Below are positions 24,648 to 37,563 of a stretch of DNA of 64,000 bases, piece after piece. Source of the DNA: Eledone cirrhosa (lineage: Eukaryota). The notes below the pieces were generated by a model. That model was not told the DNA's origin and searched no databases. It was given only the letters and a program-made list of their open reading frames with translations. The translations under genes were made by a program, and so were the position numbers. Each line of letters starts with the position of its first letter. Position 1 is the first letter of the stretch. The stretch lies in the NCBI GenBank assembly GCA_964016885.1, contig OZ024744.1:108624001-108688000 (forward strand). Direction: 5' to 3'.

Positions 24648-25360
24648 TAAGCTTGGCGTTTTCCTGGTCACGCAAACGCTTGGCGCTGGCCTCGGGGGTG
24701 GAAGATAGGGGATACCTGAGGGTGGGGTGTGTGGCGTCCCTGGGCACGCTTGGAATGGGCGCTCGCCCAAAGGACGAGACATTGGCCTTGACGAAGGCTG
24801 CTGTTGACCGGCCGCCCCGGTCAACGCCAGAGCTGGGGAGGCCGAGGGTGAGTGGGGAGAAATAGAACAGCCGCTCCCAGTCACTGGATCGATTGGAGTC
24901 CAGGGCGCTCTCAATCGAGGAAGCGAGGGCATCGGCTACCGGCACCCGTGCCGCTCTCGGGATCCTGAGTGGGATCTTCCGGAGCCGCATGAGCCGAGCG
25001 ATGTTGACCAGCGGGGCTCGGGTGTCAGGCAAGCTCGCTGTCCCATCCGGTGGTGTGCCAGACGGCCGTGGCTGGGAAGACGTGGGGGTAGAGGCAGCTC
25101 CTGGACCTCCACGCTGCGAGGGCATTGGAAGCTCGACGAGTCAAGCCAACGCAGGTGAGTTGGTGGAAGCAGCCGCACCCCAAACAGTTCCGGCCCCTCT
25201 TCCGTTTGTTAGTGGTGCTGCAAGTGCTGCAGGTATCGACTTGGAGGGGTGGGGGATGGGGCGTGGGGCCAGGGACTGGGGCACCGAGCGGCATTAGGGG
25301 TGGGTAGCTGGCGTGTGTAGGTGGAAGGGAAAGTGCTGGAAAGAGGGCCTCATAGCTCGC
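24648..25360 (-). mobile_element. GC-rich 5' fragment of a probable CRE-clade retrotransposon
   Basis: Degenerate PHD-like CSTC..CLGC..HQLTCVG and RIPRAAR..LASSI..DWERLFYF, recalled as the pre-RT region of CRE elements. Confidence 0.5.
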
Positions 25361-25877
25361 CTATATATATATAGAGAGAGGTGCCAGAAAACAAGAGAGA
25401 ACAGAAGGGGCGCTGGAGGTGAGTCACTGATGCTGGGGTTGGCTTCCTCTTGTTAATGGTAGAGTTGTTGTTGTTGTTAATGACACTGTTGTCGTCGTTG
25501 CCTTCCTCTTGTTAATGGTGAAGATATAGAGCGAAATACAAAATCCACCAGCAGACAGTTATATTAAAAAAAGTATATAGAAATAAAGTTAACATTTCTG
25601 TCTGGGATATAAGTATTTGTTTTACATTTTCACAAACATCATAACGATATTCTCAATGGACGCGCTTACAATATTTGAATTTAACTGAACCGCCGTGTCA
25701 TTTAACTTGAATAGAAGATTATTTCAGATAAAATGTTATATTGTTTTAATCTAAATAAAAATAAAAATGATGTTGCCTCTTCCGAGGTCTAATACTATTA
25801 CCTTGTAAAATTTGAATTGATTTAGTCGAGCAGTTTAGGATTACATAAGGAAAAGACAGACAGACAGAGAGACAAAG

Positions 25878-25944
<67 letters not shown>

Positions 25945-25951
<7 letters not shown>

Positions 25952-26555
25952 CTTTATTAGCCACAAGGGCGCACAAGAAAATGGGACAATACAAAGACAT
26001 GCCGGGGATTTTACATACAGTCGTGTAAAAAATATAAAAAACAAACAATTACAACAATCGAAATCCCCAATAGGGGGGAGGCGCCACAAATGGGTTGTTT
26101 AATACCCCGTCGATCGAACAACCCTCAACTCCAGGAGCGTGTTGTGCAAGTGCTCCTTTCTTCTTTTTGCTCTCTTCCTCAACCTACAGGCTTATATACA
26201 GAAAAGGCCCAATCACTCGGGCCATTTTCGCTTCATTCACCCACCTTTCAGTAAATTTACTGGGGTGCAGTGCCTCTCTCTCCACCCTGTTTCTCCTTCT
26301 AAAGTGATACTTAAAGAAGGGAATCAATTGTTATCCGGAGAGAAAGGCATCTGTCCTCAGTCCTCTCAACCTCGTCCACCATATAACCTCTTTCACCATA
26401 GCCACCGTACAGAGGAAAACCGCCTCTCTTTCGTTTTTGAAAGAGGCTGGTGGTTTGATCCTTACTATGGACTCGGCAGTCAACTGGATTTGTCCCATAC
26501 GCGACAGCAGTTGTTCCGCGTAGTTCCACAGGTCGGTTACGCCCGGGCAGTGTAC
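25945..26555 (-). mobile_element. Tx1-type 3' fragment
   Basis: KEVIWWTRLRGL; ends gtggctaataaagaaa followed by (TA)n. Confidence 0.85.
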
Positions 26556-26597
26556 ACTCTCTACCGATACTGCCAATCCACGATAGTAATAATAATG

Positions 26598-26980
26598 ATT
26601 CAAATACCACTTTGGAAGAAGAATCAGGATGGAGAGAGAGGTGCTGTACCCCAGCAAGTTTTATGAAAGGTGGGTGAAAGTGGCGAGAATGGCTCGAGTG
26701 AATGGGCCTTCTCTCTATATCAGCCTGTAGATTGAGGAAAAGGAGGAGGAGAGGAAAGGAGTACAAGCTCTTCGTACTCCTGGAGATGAGGGTTGCACAT
26801 TTTTTTCGGGGGTATGTGTTACCCATATAAACTGTCTCCCTCTATTGGGGAAAATCGACTAACTTTTAAATTCCATCTGTGATAACATTTTACACGTTTT
26901 TATTGTAGGTAAACTTCCCCCTTTGTATTTGTCCCCTTCTTTTGTGCCCCTGTGGCTAATAAAGAAATATATCTATCTAT
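26598..26980 (+). mobile_element. Tx1-type 3' fragment, inverted copy of 27365-27745
   Basis: Near-identical reverse complement; ends gtggctaataaagaaatatatctatctat. Confidence 0.88.
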
Positions 26981-27064
26981 AAAGTCCCACCCAACCCCTC
27001 ACTCAATAAAACAACACAACCACCGCAGCCACAAGAGAGAGAGATATGTTTCTATAGAGATAGA

Positions 27065-27345
27065 TAGATATGTCTTTTATTTGCCACCAGGGCATCAAAA
27101 GTGGGACAAGTACAAAGGGGGGAGTTTACACAAAAAGGCGTCCTCAATAAGGAGGAGGCAATAACAATGTATAAAAATAAAATAAAATATAACAAAAAAT
27201 AAAATTTATAACAAAATCCTCAATAGAGAGGAGGCGCCTTGGGGGGTCGCACACGCCCCCGAAAAAAGTGTGCAACCCTTTTCCTCAGGAGCACAGAGAG
27301 GAGGTGCTCCCTCGTTCCTTCCTCTTTTCCACCTACAGGCTTATG
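27065..27345 (-). mobile_element. Tx1-type 3'UTR fragment (second subfamily)
   Basis: Ends ggtggcaaataaaagacatatctatctat on the minus strand. Confidence 0.75.
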
Positions 27346-27610
27346 TAAAGAGAAATAGATAGATAGATAGATATGTTTCTTTATTAGCCACAGGGGCACA
27401 AAAGAAGGGGACAAATACAAAGGGGGAAGTTTACATACAATAAAAACGTGTAAAATGTTATCACAAATGCAATTTAAAAAATTAGTCGATTTTCCCCAAT
27501 AGAGAGACAGTTTATATGGGTAACACATACCCCCGAAAAAATGTGCAACCCTCATCTCCAGGAGTACGAAGAGTTTGTACTCCTTTCCTCTCTTCCTCCT
27601 TTTCCTCAAC

Positions 27611-30600
27611 CTACAGGCTGATATAGAGAGAAGGCCCATTCACTCGAGCCATTCTCGCCACTTTCACCCACCTTTCATAAAACTTGCTGGGGTACAGCAC
27701 CTCTCTCTCCATCCTGATTCTTCTTCCAAAGTGGTATTTGAAAAAAAGAATCAGTTGTTGGCCGGAGAGAAAGGTGTCTGACCTCAGCCCTTTCAACCTT
27801 GTCCACCATACAACCTCTTTCGCCATAGCTATCACACAAAGGAAAACCACCTCACCTTCGTTTTTGAAGGAGGGTGGCGGTTTGATCATGACGATGGACT
27901 CGGTGGTCAACCGGATTGGTCCCACCCGCGACAATAGTCGTTCTACATAGTAGGTCAGTGACGCCCGGGCAGTGTATGAATTCGTGCGCGACGGTTTCTT
28001 CGTCTCGCACGCACCTCGGACAGATCTTTTTTGCAGGGTCCCTGCCCGGGCGCCCATGTCTGTAGAGCTTGTCTCAAACTGGTAGAGTTCCTCGGTAGCA
28101 CTGCCAGGCCAGGGACTTTTGGAAGTTGTCCATCGGTCCCGGGCGGAAGGTCCTACCGAACAGACTGGCCAGTTCATCTTCCTCTACGCCTAGAGTTTCA
28201 CCGAGCGCGTCGTCGCACTTGCTACGGATCAACCCTCTATAGAATGACGAAGTGGAGTCTCCACTGTTCGCCGGGTCCGCATGCCAGAGGGCTGTGAGCG
28301 CCTGAGCACATTCGATGTGCCAGTCGCCCATTTTCCTCGGTCTTTGCTTGACCCAGGACTGCAGCTCGGTCAGCGAGACGAGTCGTGGGAAGGCTCGCCT
28401 CATGAACGGGGCCCACACCGGTTGTCCGGTGAGGAATACGTAGAGATGCCGCAGCCTGAGCGCGTGTTTGCGCATCGTCAATCACGGCATCCCCAGCCCT
28501 CCGTTAGAAGGGTGTTGGCAGCAGATGGATCTTCTCACCAAAGGAGCCCGCCTCTTCCAAAGGAATCGGAAGAGCGCGCGCTCCATTTTGGCGAGCGTTT
28601 TGGCTGGACAAGGCACGACGGTCAAGCGGTAGTAGATGGCGGACGCTATAAAAGTGTTCGCCACCTCCGCTCGACCTTTCAAGGATAGTTTGCACTCGGC
28701 CCACTTCTGGGTGAGTGCAAACACCTTGGCTGTCACTTCGTTCCAGTTCTTCTCCATCTGGAGGTCCGGACCAAACCAGACCCCAAGCAGCTTTACCGGT
28801 CCTTCCGTCCAGCGTCCGACGACGCCATCGGAAGGCATCAGTTTGCTTCTCCACGATCCGAGTTGCAAACCGATGGACTTGTCCCGGTTCAGCTTCGCTC
28901 CTGTGAAACTTTCGTATTCCTTCAGTAAGGTGCCGACTTCCTCGATTTGCGAGGCGCTCGACACCATTACTGTCACATCGTCGGCATAGGCCGACGCCGC
29001 TTTCCGCAGTCCCGGTTCCATAGGGATGCCCTGCAATAGCTCCAACTTCCGCAGTATTGGCTCGAGAGTCAGTACGTACAGAAGGGAGGAGAGAGGGCAT
29101 CCCTGTCGAATGGATCGCGTAATATGGAACGGCTCCGAGAAGTAGCCGTTCACGTTGACCCTTGAGCAGATGTTGCTGTTGTGCATTGCAGCAATCCAGC
29201 CCCTGAACACGGGTCCGAAGCCTGCCGCCTCGAGCACCGCATCCAGGTAACGATGGTCAACCCTATCGAAAGCCTTAGACTGATCCAAGTTGATCAGGGC
29301 CCCACCGAAGCCGGGTTTCCACCCTACCCTCTCTATGATGTATCGCATGAGGTGGAGGTTGTCGTGTATGGACCTGGTCGGGATTGCGCATGTCTGCGCT
29401 TCTCCCACCAGGTTCTCGACGACAAGCGCCAGCCTCTTTGCCAACACCTTTGCCAAAATCTGTAACTCTGTGTTTAGCAGAGTTATGGGCCGGAAGTTGC
29501 CTATGTCATCCCCCTTATTCTCGTCTTTCCTGATTAGTGTGACCACGCCCCCGGTTACAGAACTGGGAATTCACCCGTTTTGTTGCCAGTTGCAGTAGAC
29601 CGCTTCCAGGAGACCGGAGAATAAGTCCGGCATTGCTACGTAAAATTCGTAGGGTAGACCGTCGAGACCTGGAGATTTGCGTTTGCCGCATTGGCTCAGC
29701 GCGTCCCCTATCTCAGCGGCTGAAATCGGCTTTTCGCAGAACTTTGCCTCGCTGTCCGAGAGTCGCGGTAGGCCGTCGAGGTATGGACCGAAATCCATAG
29801 CCTCTCCCGGCGCGCCGCCCCTCCCGAACAGTTGAGCAAAGTGCCGCTGAAAAGCCGCACACATCTGCTTCGGCTCACGTATCACGCGTCCGTTTTGGTC
29901 CTTCAAAGACCGAATCGTGGACTTGTTGCCATTTTTTGCCTCCGTCACTCGGGCCCAACTAACAGCTTTGGCTCCCTCGTTTCCCAGAGCACGTATTTTG
30001 CTTCTGACAACGCAGCCCTCGTGCTTTGCGTCGAAGAACTGGTCCAAGGCCGTTATCGTTGCTAGCACGCTGGCTACGTTGCCACTTCTACTTTATCTAC
30101 CAGTTCCTTCTCGGTTCTATTTCTATCTAACGCTAATTCTTTACTAAAAACTATCGAGTCTAATCTAACTGCCCTCTTGAGAGAGTACCACCATCTGTTG
30201 TTGACAATGGCCCCTGTCAAGTGCTGTTTAACTAAAGTGCTAATCCGTCTACTGTAGGCTTTGCTTGTCGGTAACGACAAGTTCAGCTTCCAGTAGCCGG
30301 GTCCTTGTCTATGGGTTCTATCAAGGTTGGCCATGCAGGTCACTAGTTTGTGATCTGAATAGGCAACCATGAACATTTGTGGACAGCTTAACATGTCCCT
30401 ATCCTTATTTCTAACTAGAACCCTATCTAGGTAGGATCTAGATGTTCCGTTACGATTACTCCACGTCCACAGTGGCGCAGTCGGAAAATCTGGTCGATAT
30501 CTATCGGCCAGGTCAAATCGGTCGATTAACTGTTTGAGGCTGTTACACCCCCCTTTATCGGGACATGCTCCCACATAGTCCCAACGTGCATCTAGGATTC

Positions 30601-31030
30601 CATTCCAGTCCCCCACTAAAAGCAAGGAGCGAGACGTTCCCAGAAAAGTCTCTAGACGTTTGAAGAAGTCTGGCCGCGGTGTCCCGGATGGGGCATATGC
30701 GGCCACCAGCCTGAAGGCTCCACCTTCACTACCGTCAACGTCTAGGACCACCAGTCGACCCTCCGGGTCCAGATGTACCGTCTGTGTTACGAGGCCCAGG
30801 TGTTTCCGCAGCAAAACGGCAACTCCGCCCCCACCCCCCGGTTGACAGAGAGATGCGTAGATCTCAAAGTCATCGAAGATGGGGGCCAGCTGTCGCTCGC
30901 CGTGGATCCTGGACTCGCAAATGGCTACCACATCCATACTGTGCGACCTGAGGTCGTTTAAGAGTTTGCCCTGTTTCCAGGGCATCCCCAGGCCGCGTAC
31001 GTTCACACATCCAACTCTTATATTGGCCAT
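27611..31030 (-). pseudogene. Tx1 ORF2 (APE endonuclease, RT, CCHC), frameshifted
   Basis: VGCVNVRGL, VGDWNG, SYLDRVLV, YSDHKLV, GPGYWKLN; KSPGLDGLPYEFY, LDQSKAFDRVDH, RQGCPLS, AYADD. Confidence 0.93.
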
Positions 31031-31063
31031 GTTGGTGCTGAAAAGTTAAAAGAGGAAAAGAGA

Positions 31064-32845
31064 TCACTCACCCTTCGTCTCCTGGGGACCAGGCCGTACG
31101 ATTTCCATGGCGGTGTTGGAGGGGTTGTCTGGATGGGTGGTGGTTTCCGGCGGGGTGGGGACGGAGATGTTTGGTGGGGTGGGGTCTGGTGGGATGGAGG
31201 TGTCTGGGTTGGGGAGACATTTGAGAAGGATGCGGTTGAGTGGTTTCACGCAGGAATTCCCCACATCCTTCTCAAATGTTTCTTTTAGGGACCTATAAGT
31301 TTGTATAGGGACCCTAATCAGTTTTAGGTTCAGTTTTTTGCTATTTTTAATAGAGTGGGCGAAAGTTTTCCCTTCAGTTTTCACCGAAGAGTCGTTCGTG
31401 ATGGTCTCCATTAGTGTTTTGTTTTCAGTGTTTATGTAAGTGTAAGTGTAATTTTCTTGTGTTGTGTTTGTTTTTGTCTGTAGTTCTTGTGTGTGCTTTC
31501 GTTTTGTTGTAGGTATTTTGTTTTCAGGAGGTGGGGGTTTTGTTTGTGATGTTTTTGTTGTTTGTGTTGGTGGTTGTATGTTTGTGGTTTTGTGATGTCT
31601 TTTCTTTCTTTTCGAGCGATGGGGTTCTCCCTCGTCTTCACTGGGTGATGGCGAGATAGCCTCATCTGTTGTATCGTCTGTGTGATTGGGGAGGGGTATG
31701 TCTTGGGGAGCTGTTGTGTCTGTATGTGATTTTGCAGTGGTTTTAGGTGGAGTGGGGTTGGGTGGGACTGTGTTTGTTGTGGTTATTTTTGTGTGTTGGT
31801 GTTGTTGTTGTTGTGGTGGTGTTGGTGGTTGTGTTGTTTTGATGGGTGTCGGCAGAAGAGCCTTTTTTTTTTATTCATTAATTTAGGACAGGAAGCCTTC
31901 AGGTAACCCCTGCTAAAGCAATGGTAACATGAAGGCCGCCTACCCTCAACCGAAAAGTTTATTAGGTGAGTCCGTCCAGGAGTACACGTTGTGGGATCAT
32001 AGCTATTCGCTCTGGGCTCATTTGCACCAGAACTTCAATGCTAGTCCCATTGAATACATCTCTGGGGGACTTTCGTACTGACAGTATTCTGTCTTCATCA
32101 AAATTGATGAAGCCGCACAGTATCCACCATATGTTCACCTTTGGTGTGACACTCGTGATTCTAATCTTTTGTGTCCTTTTTCCCATGTATGTAGGGAAAA
32201 AGGTGTACAGGTTGGATACAATTGGCGACACAGAGTCATTTTGGGCCGTCAATTGATCCTTCATGAGTACCGAAATACTCCCAAAAAGTTTGCTTCCTTG
32301 AATGAATGCAATATCATTCATTGAATTTTTGAAAACCAGTTCAATTTCTTTCTGTGACAATTGGACTGGTTTTCGGGTAGAGTTAGAAACTGTCCTAAAA
32401 ACTATCGTTTTGAGAGCAGTTTACTTGCAAATTTCTACCGGAGAATTGATGCTGAAAGCACCATTTTTTTCGAAAGTGACATATCTCCTAGCGTCCTTTA
32501 AAAGTTGTTCAGCATTTATTATGTCGAGATATATCAATCCTTCCTTCTTTTGAACTTTCTCTGCGAATCCGTGTTGTTGGTGTTGTCATTATTGTTGTTA
32601 GTGTTGTTGTTATTCTTGTTGTCACCGATGTTGATATTATTTTCCTTGGTGTTGTTGTTGTCTTTGGTGCTGGTATTATTGGTGTTGTCTTTATTTTTTT
32701 CTTTGTTGTTATTATCATTGTTGCTTTTATCATCATTATTGGTTTTGCTGTTATTTTTGTTGTCACGTTTTTTTCTTACATAAATTAACGGAAACTTCTC
32801 CGCGAAGTTACACACGTCTGATAGAGAGATAGAGGCGATATCCAA
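31064..32845 (-). pseudogene. Tx1 ORF1 remnants (Asn-rich N-terminus, gag-like Zn knuckle)
   Basis: Lies upstream of ORF2; VEGRRPSCYHCFSRGYLKASCPK read at ~31883-31950. Confidence 0.75.
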
Positions 32846-33572
32846 TTTTAGTGGAGTAAATGCTGCTTACGTGCTGTAGTTGCTGCTTACTTCAATGTAT
32901 GAGGCTATTCCAACAAATTTACATTCCCTTTTTTTTAGCCGTTAAAAGAAATATAGATTTATTTATTGTTTTTTTTTGCGATTTATTTGCCACTGGGGCA
33001 TAGATTTCTTTATTTGCCACGTTTTTGTTTGTTTGTTTGTTTGTTTTTTGCCGATCTGTGGGGATATGTCGCCGGCCAACAGGATCAAGGTGGAGAGAAA
33101 GGCACTCAGTCCCAGCCAATTCCATGAAAGATGGGTGAAAGTAGCAATAATGGCCCGTGTAAGTGGGCCATCTCTCTATATCGGCTTGTACAGGTAAGAG
33201 AAGAAGGGAGCACCCCCCTCTCTCTGTGCTCCCTGGCAGAAAGGTCGCACACTTTCTACGGGGATGTGTGTGACCCCAAAAGGCTGCCTCTCTATTGAGG
33301 ACTTAATTTTTTATATTCCTTTTTAATCACTCGTTAAATGTTTGTACTTGATTTTTGTAAAAACTTCCCCCGTGGCAAAAACGTGGCAAATAAAGAAATC
33401 TATGCCCCAGTGGCAAATAAATCGCAAAAAAAAAAACAATAAATAAATCTATATTTCTTTTAACGGCTAAAAAAGGGGGAATGTAAATTTGTTGGAATAG
33501 CCTCATACATTGAAGTAAACAGCAACTACAGCAAGTAAGCAGCATTTAGTCCACTAAAATTGGATATCGCCG
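32833..33572. repeat. ~195-bp inverted repeat of the Tx1 5' end enclosing a + strand Tx1 3' fragment (33080-33372)
   Basis: 32833-33027 is the reverse complement of 33377-33572. Confidence 0.88.
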
Positions 33573-33589
33573 AGATAGATAGATAGATC

Positions 33590-33900
33590 ACCCGCCGAGG
33601 TTGACTTTGCCTTTCATCCTTACGGGGTCGATAAAATAAAGTACCAGTAATGCACTGGGTAATTGCTGGCCTTGTGCCTAAAGTAGAAACAATTATTATT
33701 ACTATCGTGGATTGGCAGTATCGGTAGAGATCGGACGCCATGCTTTGATGCATAGAGTTACGGCCCTTTCCAATCTGAGTTCAAATCCCGCCGAGGTTAA
33801 CTTTGCCTTTCATCCTTACGGGGTCGATAAAATAAAGTACCAGTAATGCACTGAGGTAATTGCTGGCCTTGTGCCTAAAGTAGAAACAATTATTATTACT
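33590..33900 (+). mobile_element. Two tandem SINE copies (first 5'-truncated)
   Basis: Homology to 9645-9836; downstream flank to ~34090 is duplicated at 21260-21480. Confidence 0.88.
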
Positions 33901-34569
33901 ATCGTTTTCATTTTGCAGTGGTAGTAATGGTGGTGGTGGTGGTGGTGGTGGGGTAGGTGCGATTGTAACTGTTTCAATGTCTCTGACTGTATTTTTAATT
34001 TTTTTTATTTCAAGGTCAGTAACATCAGTCTATAAATAGATTGATGTCAACTTATTTATGTCACTAGTGTTGTTGTTGTTGTTGTTGTTGCTGTTGCTAC
34101 TGTTCTTGATTTCGGCTAAGTTAAATTAAACTTGGTAGTCATAACAACGGGCGGCGTGAGGGTGTTGCGTTCATGCTACCTGCTTTCTGCTTGCTAACAG
34201 TTTTCATCTTTTTGTTAGAGAATTTTGAATTTTGTTTTCTATTTGTTTTGTTGTTGTTTTTTTTTTTTTGTTTTTGTTTTGTCTGGCCGGCAATGTCTGA
34301 TGTATTTGTAAATTTAAGTTAGATTGAATTTTCCAACGGCCCTTGTTTCATTTTCTGATTCACCTGGTTCCTTATGGAAGCCAATGGTACTATTTTGGAC
34401 TAGTCTCGGTTGGTGTAAATATGCAAAATTGAACAAAAACTTACCCCAATGGAGCGGCGTGTGTCTTTCTCTCTATTTCTCCCTTCTTCATTATTCATGT
34501 TATTATTATTGTGTTATTTCGTTTAACTCATTTCTGTTTCACTATTGCTTAGGGCAATAGATATTTTCA

Positions 34570-35790
34570 TTGCCTGAGAATGTGTGTTGTTCCTAGATCT
34601 TCTGTAGCTCATATTTACTGATCTTGCAGGGAAGGACGCTAAGGTGTAGGTCTGAGGATTTGGGTATTAATCCTAATGCTCCTATTACCCCAGGGATAGT
34701 GTTTGTGGTCATCCTCCATATGTGGTTGATCTCTATTTCCAGGTCTTTGTATTTTGACAGTTTCTCCATTGTTTTTATAGATGTATTCTTGTCAGCTGGT
34801 ATGGAAATATCTATAAGGCTACATGTCTGATCTGTTTTGTTTTTTATGATATCTGGTCTGTTGGCAGCGATTTCTTGGTCGGTTATCACAGGCATATCCT
34901 ACAAGATGGATATGTTGCCTTTTTCCATGACTGTTTTTGGTTGATGTTCATACCATTTGTTAGAAGTTTGGATGTCATGAGAGCGGCAGAGCATCCAGTG
35001 CACATATCTAGCAATGCAGTTGTGTCTTTCAATATAGTCAGTTTTTGCCAGCTCTGGACACCCGGAGATAACATGATCTACCATTTCTTCATCTTTGTAG
35101 CATATTCTGCATAGAGGGCTAGTTCCATCTTTCACTATTCTGTGTCTATAGGCCCGAGTGTTTAAAGATTGGTCTTGTGCAGCAACTAAGGGTCCTTCAG
35201 TCTCTGCTTTCAAACCAGCACTTCTGAGCCAGGATAGTGAGCCATGCTGATCAATATCATTATCAGAAAGTTGTTCTGGGAATCTACCATGTAGTGGTTT
35301 TGCCTTCCATTCACGGTTTAGTTCCTCTGTTTGGAGTTTCTTTGCTTTGATCTTCACAGTCATAACTAGTTGTGCAGCACTCTGTTGTTGATTTTCTATG
35401 GGTATGTCTTGCTCCTTGTTCAGTTTTTGCCTATATTTTCTTGCCTCTTTTGTTATTGAGTGTAGTTTCTTAATTCGTTCATGCTTGAGTACAGGCATCA
35501 GGGGTTCATCTCAATGGTATCTGTTTTGTATGCAGCTTCCAGTTGTCGGAGCCTCCTGACACCTTCTCTTTATGCAGCTTCCAGTTGTTGGAGCCTCCTG
35601 ACACCTTCACTTTATGCAGCTTCCAGTTGTCGGAGCCCCCTGCCACCTTCTCGCCAAGAGATATACAGTCTATGTACATCAGCTTTATGGTGATGTATTT
35701 TTATCGTTGTAACAACGTTTTAGTGTCCAACCTTTATAGTTCTTGCAAGTTCCAGCTTATGATATTAAAGCTGTGTGTTACAACTGTATG
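34570..35790 (-). mobile_element. R4/Dong-type 3' fragment (second family)
   Basis: ETEGPLVAAQDQ, CRIC..HVISGC, NRPDII..LIDISIP RLE motif. Confidence 0.85.
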
Positions 35791-35809
35791 AAATAATCAG
35801 TGAGAGTGA

Positions 35810-35859
<50 letters not shown>

Positions 35860-35862
<3 letters not shown>

Positions 35863-36163
35863 GTAATTCCGTCGGAAAAGTACAGGAAAAAGAGTGCTCT
35901 ATGTAGGTTACAGAGCTTAATAGTTATGTAATAAACAACATAAGGCAATTATTCCATTTACCAGTGGTTTCTTAAAAGCAAAAGATTTTGCTTTCAATCC
36001 TCAGAATGAAAAAATCCTGGTTTGTTTATTGAATTTGGATTTTAAAAACAAAAATGCAATCTATATGAAAGTGAGGCTGGAGAAGGAAGAAGGAAAGGAA
36101 AAAAATAAAATAAAACCACATGCAAACACGCACACAAACACGCACACACACAAAAGCATACAT

Positions 36164-36234
<71 letters not shown>

Positions 36235-36436
36235 CACTCATACATACACACACACACACATATATACACACATATATGTGTATATAAATACACACATACA
36301 CATACATATACACATACATACATACACACATAAATATCAACACATCCATACATACACATACATATATACAACCACACACACATATATACACACATACATA
36401 TAATATAGAAACATAAATATATATATATATACATAC

Positions 36437-36501
<65 letters not shown>

Positions 36502-37095
36502 TGCATACACATACACAAACATAGCCATACACACATACATAGATACATACATACATGTACACAATCATACATATATATACACACGTACATACATACACAT
36601 ACATAAACGCGTACATATACATGTACAAAGTTAGAAAAATATACACTCCTCTACATATTCACACGCAAATAAATCTAAGAAAAAATATATATAAAAAAAT
36701 AAAATAATAATAAAGATTATTATAGAGTTGACAGCGATACAGGTAGATGAACAGACACGCGTGGTAAGTAATACACACAAATGCACGTATACATACGTAC
36801 GAAATAGTAAATACATACACACACTCTCCCACATAAATATACATATACAAATACATAAACACATACATACACATACACAAATACATGCACAAACACGCAC
36901 ACACACACATATACAATTATACACACACATATACACATACATATATATATACATATATATATATAAATATAAAAATACACACACACACACACATACACAT
37001 ATATATGTATACATACACACACACATGCATACATAGCTATACAATTATACACATACAAATACGTACATATAAACACGCACAACCAAATACAAAAC

Positions 37096-37130
<35 letters not shown>

Positions 37131-37342
37131 CATACATACACACATACATGTGTGTGTGTAAAACTCAGTCTTATATAATTCATATGAACCTTACATATAC
37201 ATATATATAGTAGTAAAGTAATAAAGTAATAAGCAACATAAAGCAATTATTCCATTCACCAGTGGTTTCTTAAAAGCAAAAAAATTTTGCCTTCAATCCT
37301 CAGAATAAAAAAAACCTGGTCTATCTACATATACATATACAT

Positions 37343-37375
<33 letters not shown>
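35860..37375 (-). repeat. Microsatellite-rich repeat family K (left arm of a large inverted repeat)
   Basis: Collinear reverse complement of 52440-53140, 53570-53800 and 54740-54980; further copies at 55240-56500. Confidence 0.8.
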
Positions 37376-37377
<2 letters not shown>

Positions 37378-37469
37378 ACGAAGGAAATGTGGTAAGGAAC
37401 CAGGTGGACCATAACGCACCAAAGTACTCAATACTTGAGGTAGTAGAGTGGGTAATAGGAACCAGTAAG

Positions 37470-37563
37470 ACCCCGACAGCTGAGCTCAAGCCGTTTCGAC
37501 GGCTAATTCTGGACTAAATGAACATTTATCCTGGTATTTAAATAGCCGATCTTCTCAAGGGGT
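37470..37563 (-). ncRNA. Hammerhead ribozyme, U3-A8 core variant (inverted copy)
   Basis: Reverse complement of 43761-43854. Confidence 0.75.

Larger units (their letters stand above)
27365..33027 (-). mobile_element. Full-length Tx1/L1-type retrotransposon, decayed
   Basis: ORF1 remnants, ORF2 (APE-RT-CCHC) and 3'UTR ending in (ATCT)n. Confidence 0.92.
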
